This document shows positions 40,995-54,720 of a DNA stretch of 64,000 nt, one piece after another. How positions within the stretch are numbered: the first letter of the stretch is position 1; each line of letters starts with the position of its first letter. The position numbers were made by a program, and so were the translations under genes. A model generated the notes under the pieces. The model was not told where the DNA came from. It saw nothing but the letters and a program-made list of their open reading frames with translations, and did not search any database. The stretch lies in contig OZ024741.1 in NCBI GenBank assembly GCA_964016885.1, positions 108,624,001 through 108,688,000 of the forward strand, in the 5' to 3' direction. The DNA is from Eledone cirrhosa. Its lineage: Eukaryota.

Positions 40995-42130
40995 ATTTGC
41001 CCATTAGACAGGAGCAAATCATGGAATAGCTTAGATAAGACTAAATATAAGATAGAGAAAGCCACCTCATGGTACGACAACCAGAGATACCAGAGTGTCA
41101 TGATCGTGGACGCTACCCCTGAAGGGAAATTAGCTAACCAGCGTAGAAAGGCCCTGAGAAAGACCCACTTAAAAATTAAGGTGGTAGAAAAGCCAGGATC
41201 CACCATAAAATCCCTGATCAGCAAAACATACCCTTTTAAGAAAACACACTGTACTAATAGGAAATGTATTATATGTAAAGTAAACCCCCGGATAAACGGT
41301 AAAACTAGAAACGTAGTCTATAGCATAAGATGTACAGAGGGTACTTGCAGAAACATGACAACAACATACATAGGCGAGACAGCTCGTAGCATAGGTCAAA
41401 GGATAGACCAGCACTGGGGGAACTAAAAGGAAGGAAACACGGTTCAGTACTATACGAATACGCCAGATAACAAGATGACGGTAACATAGACAACATAGAA
41501 ATTAAAATAATATCTAAACATAGAAATGACCCAGCAGATAGGCAAATCAGAGAGGCCAGTGAAATAGAACTTAGAAGGCCAAATCTAAACAGAAAAATGA
41601 ATCGTATAACAACAACACCCAAACAAACAATACTGATCTAAGAGAAATATAAATAAATAAATAAATACATACACAAGCACAATAACAACTAACACATATA
41701 AACACACACTAGTAAACTAAGATAGAATACAATAACCAAAACACAGTCACCCAAACGCGAACACACATCAAACACTATACACACACGCAATCGCATGCGC
41801 AGAGAAGAAGACAAAAATAAATAAATAAATAAATAAATAAATAAACAGATTAAATAAAGATGGCGTAGACATACAATACAACAGGAGGCAACATAATAGT
41901 ATCACTGACGATGTTGCAGATGTGCAACGAAAGAACTTTGTTAGACTATATATATGTGTTTGTGTCTATATTATATCTGTATTTTTGACCGTTGGCCAGT
42001 CAATGGTAAACATTGAGGACCGAATAAATTAACTAATATAAAAGATACAGAAGCGAAAGCAACCAAACAGTGAGTGTGTTCTGTTATTAATTCTGGCAAT
42101 ATTATAACAATATCACCCTCTCCAAGTATA
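40995..42130 (+). mobile_element. 3' fragment of a Penelope-like element: Cys-rich linker, GIY-YIG endonuclease, terminal repeat with HHR
   Basis: TPEGKL...IKVVEKPG...CTNRKCIIC...NVVYSIRC...YIGETARSIGQRIDQH; RQIREASEI...PNLN in the next frame; flanked by (TA)n. Confidence 0.85.
41897..41948 (+). ncRNA. Minimal hammerhead ribozyme downstream of the PLE ORF
   Basis: CTGACGA-t gttgca gatg tgcaac-GAAA-gaac-TT; stem I imperfect. Confidence 0.7.
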
Positions 42131-42132
42131 AT

Positions 42133-42174
<42 letters not shown>

Positions 42175-42369
42175 GGGGGGGGGGTAGTGGAACAGTGATA
42201 AAGGAAGGTTAAAAAGAGAGGTTAAATGGAGGTTGAAAAATGCAGCTATGGCAAACTATAGAGTAAATATTCTGGTTAGGGAGTTGGGATCACAATCAGT
42301 CATGTCGTGAGCACGATCCACCTTGCCAAGCATAGTGTCCCTAAGAGAGGCATTATATTTGTTCCAATG

Positions 42370-42450
42370 GCGTTGGTTGGTAGTATAGGTAGAGTGTAAG
42401 ACACCATGCTTTGGAGCATAGAGTTATGGCCCTTTACATTCTGAGTTCAA
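42370..42450 (+). mobile_element. SINE head, truncated at the B box
   Basis: ggcgttggttggtagtataggtagagtg...ctgagttcaa, followed directly by the fold-back element. Confidence 0.65.
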
Positions 42451-43025
42451 TATGTATACAGACGTACAGTAGTATGTATATATATACATACATGCACACA
42501 TATATATATGTACGTATGGATTTACCGAACATTTATTATAATGCTCGGTTTGTTTGTAATCAAACATCCCGTATTAAGCCGTACAGTGTTTAGCAACTAT
42601 CGTTGCCCTTTTGTCCAACACTGACAATGGAACGATGTACTAGTTTCAAGCTTATTAGCTATCGTCAGCACCGTATACCTTCCTGCCAGATGATTGAACC
42701 TCTGAAAGTATATACTTTCAGACGTTCAATCATGCTGACGATAGCTAATAAGCTTGAAGATAGTACATCGTTCCTTTGTCAGTGTTGAACAAAAGGGCAA
42801 CGATAGTTGCTAAACACTGTACGGCTTAATTCGGGATGTTTGTTTACAAACAAACCGAGCATTATAATAAATGTTCGGTAAATCCATACGTACATATATA
42901 TATGTGTGCATGTATGTTTATATATACATACTACTGTACGTCTGTATACATATATGTATGTATACATACTTATATTTAAGTAACAGCCGTACTAAGAGTG
43001 AGAAATGAAATTTCGTTTCATTATT
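42451..43025. mobile_element. Fold-back relative of the 471-bp unit, HHR in both arms
   Basis: Minus HHR 42632-42674 (CTGACGA tagctaataagctt GAAA ctag TA); plus HHR at ~42732-42772 has GAAA changed to GAAG; centre gaaagtatatactttc. Confidence 0.85.
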
Positions 43026-43585
43026 TCCATTTATATACAAATATTGCCGAATATACATATACATCATCTCCCCCACCTTCCATATTAGCTTTACTTTGCA
43101 ACTGGAAGTAAGTCTCCTTGAAATCCTCTCAATATCACTTTTAGTAACTAGAAGAAAATCAAAATATATACCTATCTCTACCGCCAATACACATAATATA
43201 GCGAACATTATTTCGTTGATAATCGAAACAAAATGGCTGTTAAATAAACATGGTTTCTAACAACGGAAATAGTGAAAAATGTATCACCCACGCTATATCC
43301 TTTCAGCATCACATTGCATTACTTAATAGATCCTCCTGTTCAAATTTTGCCCCGGTCTCCTTATGATCCTTCCGCAGTTGACAAAATAAACTACCAGATT
43401 TTTAAACTCATATTCTAAACATTCATCTCTGAAACCTTCATTTTCTTTCCCGTTTATAGATTTCATTAAATATCTATAAAATATCCTTCCATACCGACTT
43501 CGGTTATTTTATCATTTGTCAGACAATATTTTTAATAATTTATTTTTAACATTATTTCTTTTCATATTTTCCCCTACAAACAATC

Positions 43586-43646
<61 letters not shown>

Positions 43647-43696
43647 CGTATGTGTGTGCGCGTGCGTGTGTGTGTGTGTGTTTAATTATATGAGTA

Positions 43697-44019
43697 TAAA
43701 AAGTGTCCACGCGCAGAAACGATACAAAGTTTGCTTAAAAAATATGGTGAATCCCTTAAAAGAATGAAAAATAATTTACCAACAACCACTATGAGGAATT
43801 GAACCCCATATCATCCAGATGTCTTCTAGCTGCTATCTGGAAAAGATGGGGTTCAATTCCGCATAGCGAATGTTGGCAAATTATTTTGCCATCTATTAAG
43901 GCTATTCACCCTGTTTTTAAAGATATTTTTACAGCATTTCTGCGCTTCAGCACTTACGTTATACTTATATTACACATATTCTCATCGCTTTAAAAGCCGA
44001 AATTTCGGCTTCTTACATT

Positions 44020-44020
<1 letters not shown>
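43697..44020. mobile_element. Imperfect fold-back with tRNA B-box-like GGTTCAATTCC in the arms
   Basis: ctatgaggaattgaaccccat...ccagat / atctgg...atggggttcaattccgcatag; gcgcagaaa / tttctgcgc. Confidence 0.7.
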
Positions 44021-44078
<58 letters not shown>

Positions 44079-44337
44079 CTATACTCGATCTCATGCAAAC
44101 GTCGACCGTCGACCCTAGTATGTATTATTGTTGTATTTGTTTTTTTCTTAATTTTCTATTCTTTTTCTAGGACTTCTGATATATTCTTTGAAAGCAACGT
44201 TTCATGTTTTGGCTTCTAAAGTATTGCCGTAGGCCCTCGAGGAGCCCACTTGCCATCAAACACGCTGATGACCTGGCCAGTCCGAGACTATATATATATA
44301 TATTGGAAAATGTGTGAGATCCTTGGTACAGTTAGGT

Positions 44338-44995
44338 ATATTTGAAAAAAGGGAAAAGAATGACTTCACTTGTACTGTTAACAAATTTTGATTTAATTTT
44401 ATGATATTATAATATTATGAGTTGGTAGATCTAGTAAGTTCTTTGTTAACTCCGGTGGGAAGAATTTTTAAGATTCTTGGTTAACTTTGGTTGGAGAACT
44501 TTCTCGCATTCGTCTGTGGCCATTGTCAAACTGAGATCAGGTTGTGTTGAGATGTGTAACTATATATATATAAGAGAGATTTGGATGTGTCTGGGGTGTG
44601 GGGTGTGGTGTTAATGAGTGTTGATGACGATGAAGATTTGGAGGAATTAAAACATGCATACACACACGCGCACACACACACACACACATATATATACAAT
44701 CAGAAAATGGTGAGGTTGCAAGATAGGGGTGTTTAAGGAGGTGGTTGTAAACATCCTCTCCTGCTGGTTTTATTTCATTAGCTGACCTTTGATGAGTATA
44801 TAATGGCATAGCTGAATCAACTCTCTTAAATTTATGAGAAAGTTCTCCAACCAAAGTTAACCAGGAATCTTTAAATTTCTTCCCACCGAAGTTAACAAAG
44901 AACTTACTGGATCTGCCAAAACATAATATTATAATATTATAAAATTAAATCAAATTTTTTAACACTACAAGTGAAGTCATTCTTTTCCTTTCTTT

Positions 44996-45003
<8 letters not shown>
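44338..45003. mobile_element. Fold-back element, ~165-bp arms with ~330-bp spacer, in (TA)n
   Basis: 44338-44505 is inverted against 44836-45003 with scattered mismatches. Confidence 0.8.
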
Positions 45004-45036
<33 letters not shown>

Positions 45037-45151
45037 AAAATGATATTTAATTTGTTGGTAATTCAACAAATATATGTTTTGGTACCCTTGAAATATATAT
45101 AATAGAATAAATATGGTTTTATAAATATAGTTTCCATTTATTTAATATCAT

Positions 45152-45207
<56 letters not shown>

Positions 45208-45334
45208 AAAGTTATATTTAAATTGTTGGGTTACAACTAGTAAATATTTATAACTGATATAAAAGCACTCGACAGGTATTTGGAGTATATTTACGATATT
45301 AAATAAATGGAAACTATATTTATAAAACCATATT

Positions 45335-45400
45335 TATTTCATTATATATATTTCAGGGATATCATATTAACAATATGCTATGCCTTCCTCAGACAAAATA
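45335..45400 (-). ncRNA. Hammerhead ribozyme, left PLE arm
   Basis: Reverse complement of 49374-49439. Confidence 0.7.
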
Positions 45401-46597
45401 CAATATAAACAGTTTTATAGATAAATAGATTCGACATACCGTAACAACATCGACTTGTATTTGAAAAAGTTGAATTGGCAGTGAAAAAATTGTACACAGA
45501 GAGAAAGAAAGAGAGAAAAAAGGAAAGAAAGACAGAAAACGAAGAAAAAGAAGAAAAAGAAGAAATGCATGGAACAAAATAGAGAGATGGAAAGATAGAT
45601 AAAGAGAAGAACTTCATGTAAAGAAACAGAGAGAGATATATATATATATAGAGAGAGGAAATAGAGATAGATACATATATATAGAAAACTAGGTAGTGGG
45701 ACGTCCGTTGAGTAAACGTATCAATGATACATTTATTTATTTATTTATTTATTTAGCTCTAGTATTAATGTAAGGGAGATATATGGAGAGAAACCAGCTG
45801 TTATATAGAGAGAAACAATTTAAAAATAACCAGACATAGGCGAGGCGTAAAAACCCTATGTTTTAATGTAGAGGTATTAGCATGTATAAAAACCAGCCAC
45901 TATATTGTAAATATCAGTATTCCTGAATGAGACATGTATCCATAATGTGTGAAAATTAATGATCTTATGTTTAGTATTCATATGTTTATGTGATAACTAC
46001 AAACATCTATGTGAATTTACATGATCAACTCTGCAAACCCTAAGTTCACGGAAAACATTCTCATTGTGGTATAAAAATTTAAGTATACATATATGTGTAT
46101 ATATATACACACAAATATATAGAGAGTCAATATTACTACTATTCTGTCTTTACTCTACAAGATTATCTATCAAGCAGAAATAGAGAGCAGAATTCAATAT
46201 ACTAATAAAAATATATATCAGAAACAAAACTAAAAAATAACAATAATAATAATAAGTAATAATAAAATAGAAAACTAAAAAATATTACGAAAGAATATTA
46301 CATATTAAAAATATTACATATTAAAAATATTAAAAATAAAAATATTAGAAAATACTACAATAATAAAAATAAAAATAAACCACAAAGATCAACCCTTCAA
46401 AATTAATTGACAATATATTGCCAAGTTCATTATAAGCATCAGAGTCGAAAAACAGATAAAGCCAAAAATTATCTATCAAATCGCATCTAGCAAAGATCAT
46501 TTCAAAAAGTTTAGGATGCCCATTTGGTCTACATGTGTTCTTATATTTAATATAGAAGTTTATCTAGTGTAACGTTTATTCGAAATATTTGGAGCAT

Positions 46598-48051
46598 TTC
46601 AAATTGAAAATGACTTGCCAGTTAGATTGATCGCACCATCAAAATCGGACCTGGGCAAATTAAGCAAAAACATTCTTGACAGGGTTATACAGCAAATTAA
46701 GAACTTGGATTGTTTATCTAACCTAGGAAAACTTTGATAGAATTTAATGACTAACTATGGACCAGAGCAGATAGAGATAGCAATTTTGACATTACTATGG
46801 GATCATCCGACTCAGCTCAGGTAACTGACCTTGTGGGCTTATTTTTAATCAATTCGCTACATAGGAAAATACCTGGTACTACCGGAGGTTTATATAGAGA
46901 TGACATGCTTTTACTTATTGATAATAATAACTCTGAACTAAATAGAAAATGTAAACAAATTACACAATTTTTTAATTACTTTAATCTTAAAATTGAAATT
47001 GAGAACAACCATAGAATAGTCAATTTCCTAGATATAACATTAAATCTCAACACATGTCTTCACTCTCCTCTTCACAAGTTGAATGAAAACTTAAACTATG
47101 TCAACTTCAACTCTAACCACCCCAGATCTGTCAAAAACACTATAGTAAACTCTGTTCAAAAACGTATCTCTAGGATCTCGTCGAATAGAAAGATTTTCGA
47201 CGAAAAAGCCCAATACTACAATGAAGCATTAGCTAGAACAGGATATGCTGATAAGATTGTGTACATAGATAATGATAGACAAACTAAACAAAATAACAAC
47301 TATTTTAATTACGGCAACAACCTTAACAACTATAATAGAAAGCATTAGAATAATTCCAAAGGCCAAAAAAGAAATAGAACTAGGAACATAATTTGGTTTG
47401 CCCCCTTTCTCACTAAACATTAAAACCCACATCGCTAAACTATTTTTTAAAGCTCTTGATAATCGCTTCCCTAGAACACATAGGTATCACTCAATTTTCA
47501 ATAGACATACAATAAAATTAACCTACTCATCCACCAAAAATTTAGCACAAAATATTAATAGAATAAATAATAGGAACTTAAAACCTAGTGATAATAGCAT
47601 AAATAATATACAAGTTAACAAATGTAACTGTAGAGATAGATCTAAATGTCCGTTAAATAACAACTGCTTAGTTAAAAATATAGTATACAATTGTAATGTT
47701 AATACTGACTCTAATTCTTTTAACTACGTCGGTTCCACATCGACGGAATTTAAACTTCGCTATAATAACCACAAGAATTCTTTCACAGATCCAAGCAAAA
47801 AATCTTCAACGGCACTATCAGGCGTACTCTGGCAACTTAAGCTAGATAACGTTAGATATTCGACGGCTTGGAATATAGTCTCAAGAGGGATTCCTTTTAA
47901 TTCATCCTCTGAGACATGTGACCTCTGCGCAGAGGAGATATTCTTTATACTAAAATCTAAAAATTCCCTTAATCTACGGACAAATTTATTCAGTTGCTGC
48001 AAACATAGATTAAACTCAACGTTTAAATATAAATTTAAATTTAAAATGTAG
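46598..48051 (+). pseudogene. PLE RT plus C-terminal GIY-YIG; internal deletion and stops
   Basis: PVRLIAPSKSDLGKLSKNILD; FDITMGSSDSAQVTDLVG; GLYRDD; VNFLDITLNL; SNHP; PPFS; CNCR..CPL...CL..NIVY...YVGST..FKLRYNNH; CDLCAEE; CCKH. The clade assignment is from my recollection of Naiad motifs, not from an alignment. Confidence 0.85.
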
Positions 48052-49373
48052 TATATTTAGTTTGATTTATAATTATATGGGAAACTAGCCGATAAATCTT
48101 TGATTTCTTCTTTTTATTCTTTTTATTTTATTTTTATTTTTATTTAAACATTCTTCATGAAAAATTAAGCTACCCTAAAAGTTGATGCTCCAAATATTTC
48201 GAATAAACGTTACACTAGATAAACTTCTATATTAAATATAAGAACACATGTAGACCAAATGGGCATCCTAAACTTTTTGAAATGATCTTTGCTAGATGCG
48301 ATTTGATAGATAATTTTTGGCTTTATCTGTTTTTCGACTCTGATGCTTATAATGAACTTGGCAATATATTGTCAATTAATTTTGAAGGGTTGATCTTTGT
48401 GGTTTATTTTTATTTTTATTATTGTAGTATTTTCTAATATTTTTATTTTTTAATATGTAATATTTTTAATATGTAATATTCTTTCGTAATATTTTTTAGT
48501 TTTCTATTTTATTATTACTTATTATTATTATTGTTATTTTTTAGTTTTGTTTCTGATATATATTTTTATTAGTATATTGAATTCTGCTCTCTATTTCTGC
48601 TTGATAGATAATCTTGTAGAGTAAAGACAGAATAGTAGTAATATTGACTCTCTATATATTTGTGTGTATATATATACACATATATGTATACTTAAATTTT
48701 TATACCACAATGAGAATGTTTTCCGTGAACTTAGGGTTTGCAGAGTTGATCATGTAAATTCACATAGATGTTTGTAGTTATCACATAAACATATGAATAC
48801 TAAACATAAGATCATTAATTTTCACACATTATGGATACATGTCTCATTCAGGAATACTGATATTTACAATATAGTGGCTGGTTTTTATACATGCTAATAC
48901 CTCTACATTAAAACATAGGGTTTTTACGCCTCGCCTATGTCTGGTTATTTTTAAATTTTTACTCTCTATATAACAGCTGGTTTCTCTCCTTATGTCTCCC
49001 TTACATTAATACTAGAGCTAAATAAATAAATAAATAAATAAATGTATCATTGATACGTTTACTCAACGGACGTCCCACTACCTAGTTTTCTATATATATG
49101 TATCTATCTCTATTTCCTCTCTCTCTATATATATATATCTCTCTCTGTTTCTTTACATGAAGTTCTTCTCTTTATCTATCTTTCCATCTCTCTATTTTGT
49201 TCCATGCATTTCTTCTTTTTCTTCTTTTTCTTCGTTTTCTGTCTTTCTTTCCTTTTTTCTCTCTTTCTTTCTCTCTGTGTACAATTTTTTCACTGCCAAT
49301 TCAACTTTTTCAAATACAAGTCGATGTTGTTACGGTATGTCGAATCTATTTATCTATAAAACTGTTTATATTG

Positions 49374-49439
49374 TATTTTGTCTGAGGAAGGCATAGCATA
49401 TTGTTAATATGATATCCCTGAAATATATATAGTGAAATA
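49374..49439 (+). ncRNA. Hammerhead ribozyme, right PLE arm
   Basis: tattttgt-CTGAGGA-agg...catatt gtt aatatg...cct-GAAA-tatata-TA-gtgaaata. Confidence 0.7.
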
Positions 49440-49471
49440 AATATGGTTTTATAAATATAGTTTCCATGTAT

Positions 49472-49555
<84 letters not shown>

Positions 49556-50711
49556 GGGGTGTATTGAACAATGAAAATAAAACAGAAGTATGAGATAGTT
49601 CTTAATTAGTTTAATGTTTTACGATCGTCTGAGAAGGTTGATTGATCATGGTAAATCGATATATTGAGTAATAGCTAATGATTATGTGACCACCTATTTC
49701 TAGTCTTGTTTCTCAGGAAGGCAGTTAGAGATAGATCTAGGTTATCAAGTAATATGCACTATTGCTGTTCTTGATATTATTGCTATTATTCGGACGTAGC
49801 AGGAAACCATAATCTAGCTCCACATACATGCATAAAAAGAATTTCTCTACTTTTGAATTTTGGCAATTGCCACAAAGACAATACCAATTTCCTTTGGCTA
49901 CTGAACATAAGAAAAACTGTCATGAATTGCCACTGTCCATTTTCACTAAACCATGATACAAAGTACCCTAAATTCAGTGCATATTAACGTAATAATCCTC
50001 AGCCTATCAAATTATACTTTAAACAAATACTATTTTCAGTCAAACTTCTGCATAAAATTGAAAGAACTGTGACACTCCCGATTTTTGGCGCGAAATTACC
50101 TGATCTTCCATCTTACACAACCTATCAAATTGTACTTCAAATATGACCCCCAGTTTCGTATAAAACATCAAATAAATGAGACTTATAAGTCGGCATGGCC
50201 ATATATTTCGCCATCTCTCTTAACTTTTGAAAATCATGAAACTTGTGAAAATGGCAAAGTCAAAATTATTGGAAATAAAACTTAAAGACTCCAATTGAAT
50301 TTTCAACTTCCTTTTCCTGTTTTCACCAGTATGGGGTATATTAAAAAAAACTTTCTTTCGAATATATATATATATACCCATACACACCAGCACGTGCACG
50401 TGCGCACGCACACACACACACACACACACATATGCATACATACATACATACAAGATGATGATGGCTGCCCCCTCGTTATCGAGTATGGCCATTGCACGTT
50501 ATACCATTATTAATAATTATTAATTAATTCTATCGTGCAATGCGTGTGCGTGAAGATATTTTTTAAAGTGAGGAAAGACTGTGCACTGAGCCAATCCTGA
50601 GCGACAGTAGCTATAACCCGAAAAGAAGAAAAGATCAACATCATCGTTAACTACTAATGTTTGTTAAGAAAATCGGGTAGATTACAATTTGAGACTGAGA
50701 AAAGTGAGTAG

Positions 50712-50785
50712 AGCTGCCCTCGAGGAATTGAACTCCACATTTCTCTGATGCCGGGTGATTACGTTAGTCATTCGCTAATTAGCCG
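50712..50785 (-). mobile_element. tRNA-derived segment (SINE head or tRNA pseudogene)
   Basis: Minus strand tagcgaatgac ... gagttcaattcc; no credible cloverleaf. Confidence 0.4.
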
Positions 50786-52756
50786 CTTGCTGGTAATTTT
50801 GTCTTTTTAGAAAGTTTTAAGTTTGTTGCTAAAATTGTTAACAACCGGTTTAAACAGAATTGAAAATATATCAAATTTCAAAAAAATAAACATACAAATG
50901 TGGTTAGAAATTTGATGTTTTTGGTAGCTAAATAAATAAATATATAGAGAGAGACTAGAAGTTTGTTTGTATAATGAATGGTCAAAAGTCTAGAAACCGA
51001 TGTAATGATAGTTTGTTTGATGTAAATGGAAATTGATACTTTGTCAGACAGGTGCATCTACTATAAACATGCATACAAACAGATTAGCCAGATAGAGAGT
51101 CAGACATTTTTACATAAATATATCTGATATGGATGTTTATGAAAGCCAATACAATATATACGGTGATAATGCCAGACTAAAGCCTATATGGTTTTTGTGT
51201 AAAATACACCTGCTCTAGATGCACATTTGCGTATAGTGTGAACTTAACTGGTTGAGATTTATTAGTAGTATTCTCTAACATAGCGTGGTAAATAATAGGG
51301 ATCTGTATGTAAATGAGCATCCACATCCGATATTTTATACGCAAAAAATATAAATTCTCGTCTCAGTATGGATTAAATCATCTATACAACATCCTATCCC
51401 AAAAGTCTTTTCAAAACCTGAACTAGCCCTATGTCGATAGATCTCCAGCTGAACATTAACTGTAAAAACCACACCCGTTATTTCTCAACGTAAAATATTA
51501 AAAACATTTAGAGAATATCCTTTCTTTATGGAGCAAAAATGTCTTACAAATATACATGCATGGCAGTGTAAGCGCGCACGTGTGAGTACGTATTAATTAC
51601 ACGCACACACGCCCCCCCCCCCCCCCCCCCCATTTATAATTTACAAAATTATTATTTAAAACATTACAAACCTGAAGAGTGGGAATATGTATTGCATAAC
51701 ACTGACACGTGTTTTATTGTTGGAAAACATCAGTCTCGGATCGCTAATATTTGACTATTTCAATCATATTAAATCGAATCCAACTACTTAAAAGAATATG
51801 TTGACACGACAAATTTTCGAAGTGGAATAAGAACTGTTTTTTACATACAGAGATATATAGAAGGCAAACAAGAATTAAAGGAAAAAGGATTTTTTTTTAA
51901 GTAAAAAAGAATATAAGAAGATAAAGAAAAAAAAAAAAAAGAAAGAGAGGAAGAAACACATGAAAGAATAGATAGGGGGAGGAAATATATGGAGGACAGT
52001 AAGTAGAAGAACAGTGAAGAACAGTTAAGAAGGTGAAGATTAGAGGAAAGAAGCACAAGAAGAAGGAAGGGTAAGATAGGTGTAGATGAATACAGATACG
52101 AGTAAGGAATGGCGGGACCTTTATGGTAGTAACAGGGGTCAGTGAATGACAAGTGGATTCAGTCCAAAAAAATATCTGAACAACAACAGACTTGGTCGGA
52201 CTGACCGTTTTCTCCTTTGTTTTGCTGTTTTCTTTGTCTTTTGTGCTCCCCCCCCCCCTCCCCATATATTTTGTATTCCTATTTGATACGGTCTGAGCTA
52301 AGAGCGTCTTTTTAACACCCATCTAACAATAGTCCTCGTACTCTACGCAATCTTCTTTCCTTTCCTTTCCATCTGCTTTTTCTATATCTCTTTCTCTTTC
52401 CCTCTCTCTCGCTTCCTGGATCTTAGGCCATTTAGACACATCTATATTTATCTCAGTGTCCTCTCTTCATATGACTGCAGTCCAAACTAATTACTTCAGT
52501 TTTCCTCTTCTTGGCTAAGCTATGGCCAATCGCGTTTCTATCCTTCTTTTTCAGTTGAAGCACATTGGTTTGTAGCATTTGGATTTTATTTGTGTAATAC
52601 GCCGAAAGGTACAATTTTTCCCATGCCTCCCGGTTTTTTCATTTGTTTACCGTCCCTAGTGTACTAAACTGAATAGTCCCATTTTTAAAACACCGAAACT
52701 ATAAAGATTTCAATAAGTTTTTTAGTCCGTCATGTTTGATGGATGTAGTAAAAACC

Positions 52757-52930
52757 AGATAGACCATTACTCCCCAGTGTACTTGATACTTGGGGTAGTA
52801 GAGTGGATATCAAAATTTCGGGATCCCAACGGCTGAGCTCCTGCCCTTTCAACAGCTAGAACCGAAATAAATTTCGGATCCATCTGTTGAAACGACAAGA
52901 GCTCAGCTGTCGGGGTTCCGAATTTTTCTA
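52757..52930. mobile_element. GAGCTC-loop HHR family fold-back
   Basis: acggctgagctcctgccctttcaacag / ctgttgaaacgacaagagctcagctgt. Confidence 0.7.
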
Positions 52931-52974
52931 ATATATAATTATATATATATATATATATATATGTAATTTAATAT

Positions 52975-53130
52975 AGAAATGGCTTCTACAGGACTGGAAC
53001 TGTTTCCTTCGAATGAAACAGCCTTGGCCCCGTAGAATCCATTTCTATATTAAATTTAATTTTGTATATACTCTACAAATGAAGAGTACCTTACTTACTG
53101 TGGTTACTCCTGGTTGAACCTGGGACCCAC
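52975..53130. mobile_element. Fold-back of the 39.5-kb HHR family
   Basis: agaaatggcttctacagg...tgtttc / gaaacag...gtagaatccatttct. Confidence 0.7.
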
Positions 53131-53197
53131 ATAAACACATATATATAAATGTGTTTGTGAATATGTGTGTGTGTGTGTATGTTTGTGTATGTATATA

Positions 53198-53249
<52 letters not shown>

Positions 53250-53839
53250 CGTGTGTGAGCATGTCTTTGTTTGTGCCGATGCAAATGAGTATATTTTAGT
53301 GTATGAATAATCTTGTTATTGAAAGAGCTATGCATTAAAAAACGAGGTAAAAGACAGCTATGTTAGACATATTTATTACAGTACAATCTAGAAAACTCAG
53401 AATTTCGAGCCGTGGAAGTTGGTATGTAATTGATATGGTTATCACAGCTATCTCTGTTTAGATAATTCTTCAGCGGAAATTGCTTTCAAATGGCAATTGA
53501 TTGCTGCAGATCGATATTAGGAGTGTTTACTGTTGGCACAGTGATATTCGGATATTATTACCTGACAAGAACAGACTTATATAACAGTCTGCCATAGTTC
53601 CGTTTGATGATATAAACAGTTATATGGCCCGACAAGCAGAATATTGAATATGTATGTATGTTTGTATGTATCTACATACACATGTATGTATGCGTGTAAG
53701 TATATATGTATACATTATGTGTGTATAAGTGTGTATGATGAGTATATATACACAGACACAAACATACACACTCACATATATGAGTGAAAATATGTGTTTT
53801 TATGTCTCTGTGTGTATACTCCTAGCTTTCTCTCACTCA

Positions 53840-53904
<65 letters not shown>

Positions 53905-54379
53905 TTCTCTCTCTCTCTTCGGATATATATATATTTCACACATATAAACGTTTTACCATAGGTACACACAACACACACATACGCACACACATATACAGAT
54001 ACACATATGGGTATATATATATGTATGTATATGTGTGTGTGTGTGTCAGTGTGCGTGTGAGTGCGTGTTTCTATCTGGTTGGTATATATATTGATGTATA
54101 AGTATGTGTATAAATTAATGTGCAGACAGGCTATTTATGATTTTGTATGCATTAGCAATACTATGTATAATATTTGAATACAACAATATGCAAGAAAACT
54201 TTTGTGCCTATATAGTTAATTGTATTTTTTGCACATAAACATAGACGCACGACACTGGAGCACGCGCATACATACACATATGCATATTCGTATATATATA
54301 TTTATGTATAAATTAAGTTTTATATATTTTCATAAATATGTTTGTGTGCGTCATGTATGTGTATGTGCATACATAAATT

Positions 54380-54481
54380 CATAATTGTTTCTACTTTTTG
54401 GCACAGGACCAGCAATTACCCAGTACATTACTGGTACTTTATTTTATCGACCCCGTAAGGATGAAAGGCAAAGTTAACCTC
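54380..54481 (-). mobile_element. SINE 3' half
   Basis: Matches 13818-13917. Confidence 0.8.
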
Positions 54482-54527
54482 ATAAATACATAAATACATA
54501 ATACACACACATATATATATGCATATG

Positions 54528-54560
<33 letters not shown>

Positions 54561-54640
54561 GCAAAGTTCTATTTAAATTGTTGGGATACAACAAGCAAAT
54601 ATTTTTATAACTGATATAAAGCATATATATATATATATAA

Positions 54641-54720
<80 letters not shown>

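Larger units (their letters stand above)
45205..49478 (+). mobile_element. Penelope-like element (Naiad-like), 5'-truncated, with 1.3-kb inverted terminal arms, in (TA)n
   Basis: Arms ~45296-46597 and 48185-49478 are near-identical inverted copies; the spacer encodes RT and GIY-YIG. Confidence 0.9.

Noticed and set aside
47398-48051. Selenoprotein-type Naiad (in-frame UGA at Cys positions)
   Set aside because: The GIY-YIG ORF is open with ordinary Cys codons; I saw no in-frame TGA there and did not identify a SECIS.
45296-49478. DNA transposon with long TIRs
   Set aside because: The interior encodes PLE RT and GIY-YIG, not a transposase; the arm ends are unequal and there is no TSD.
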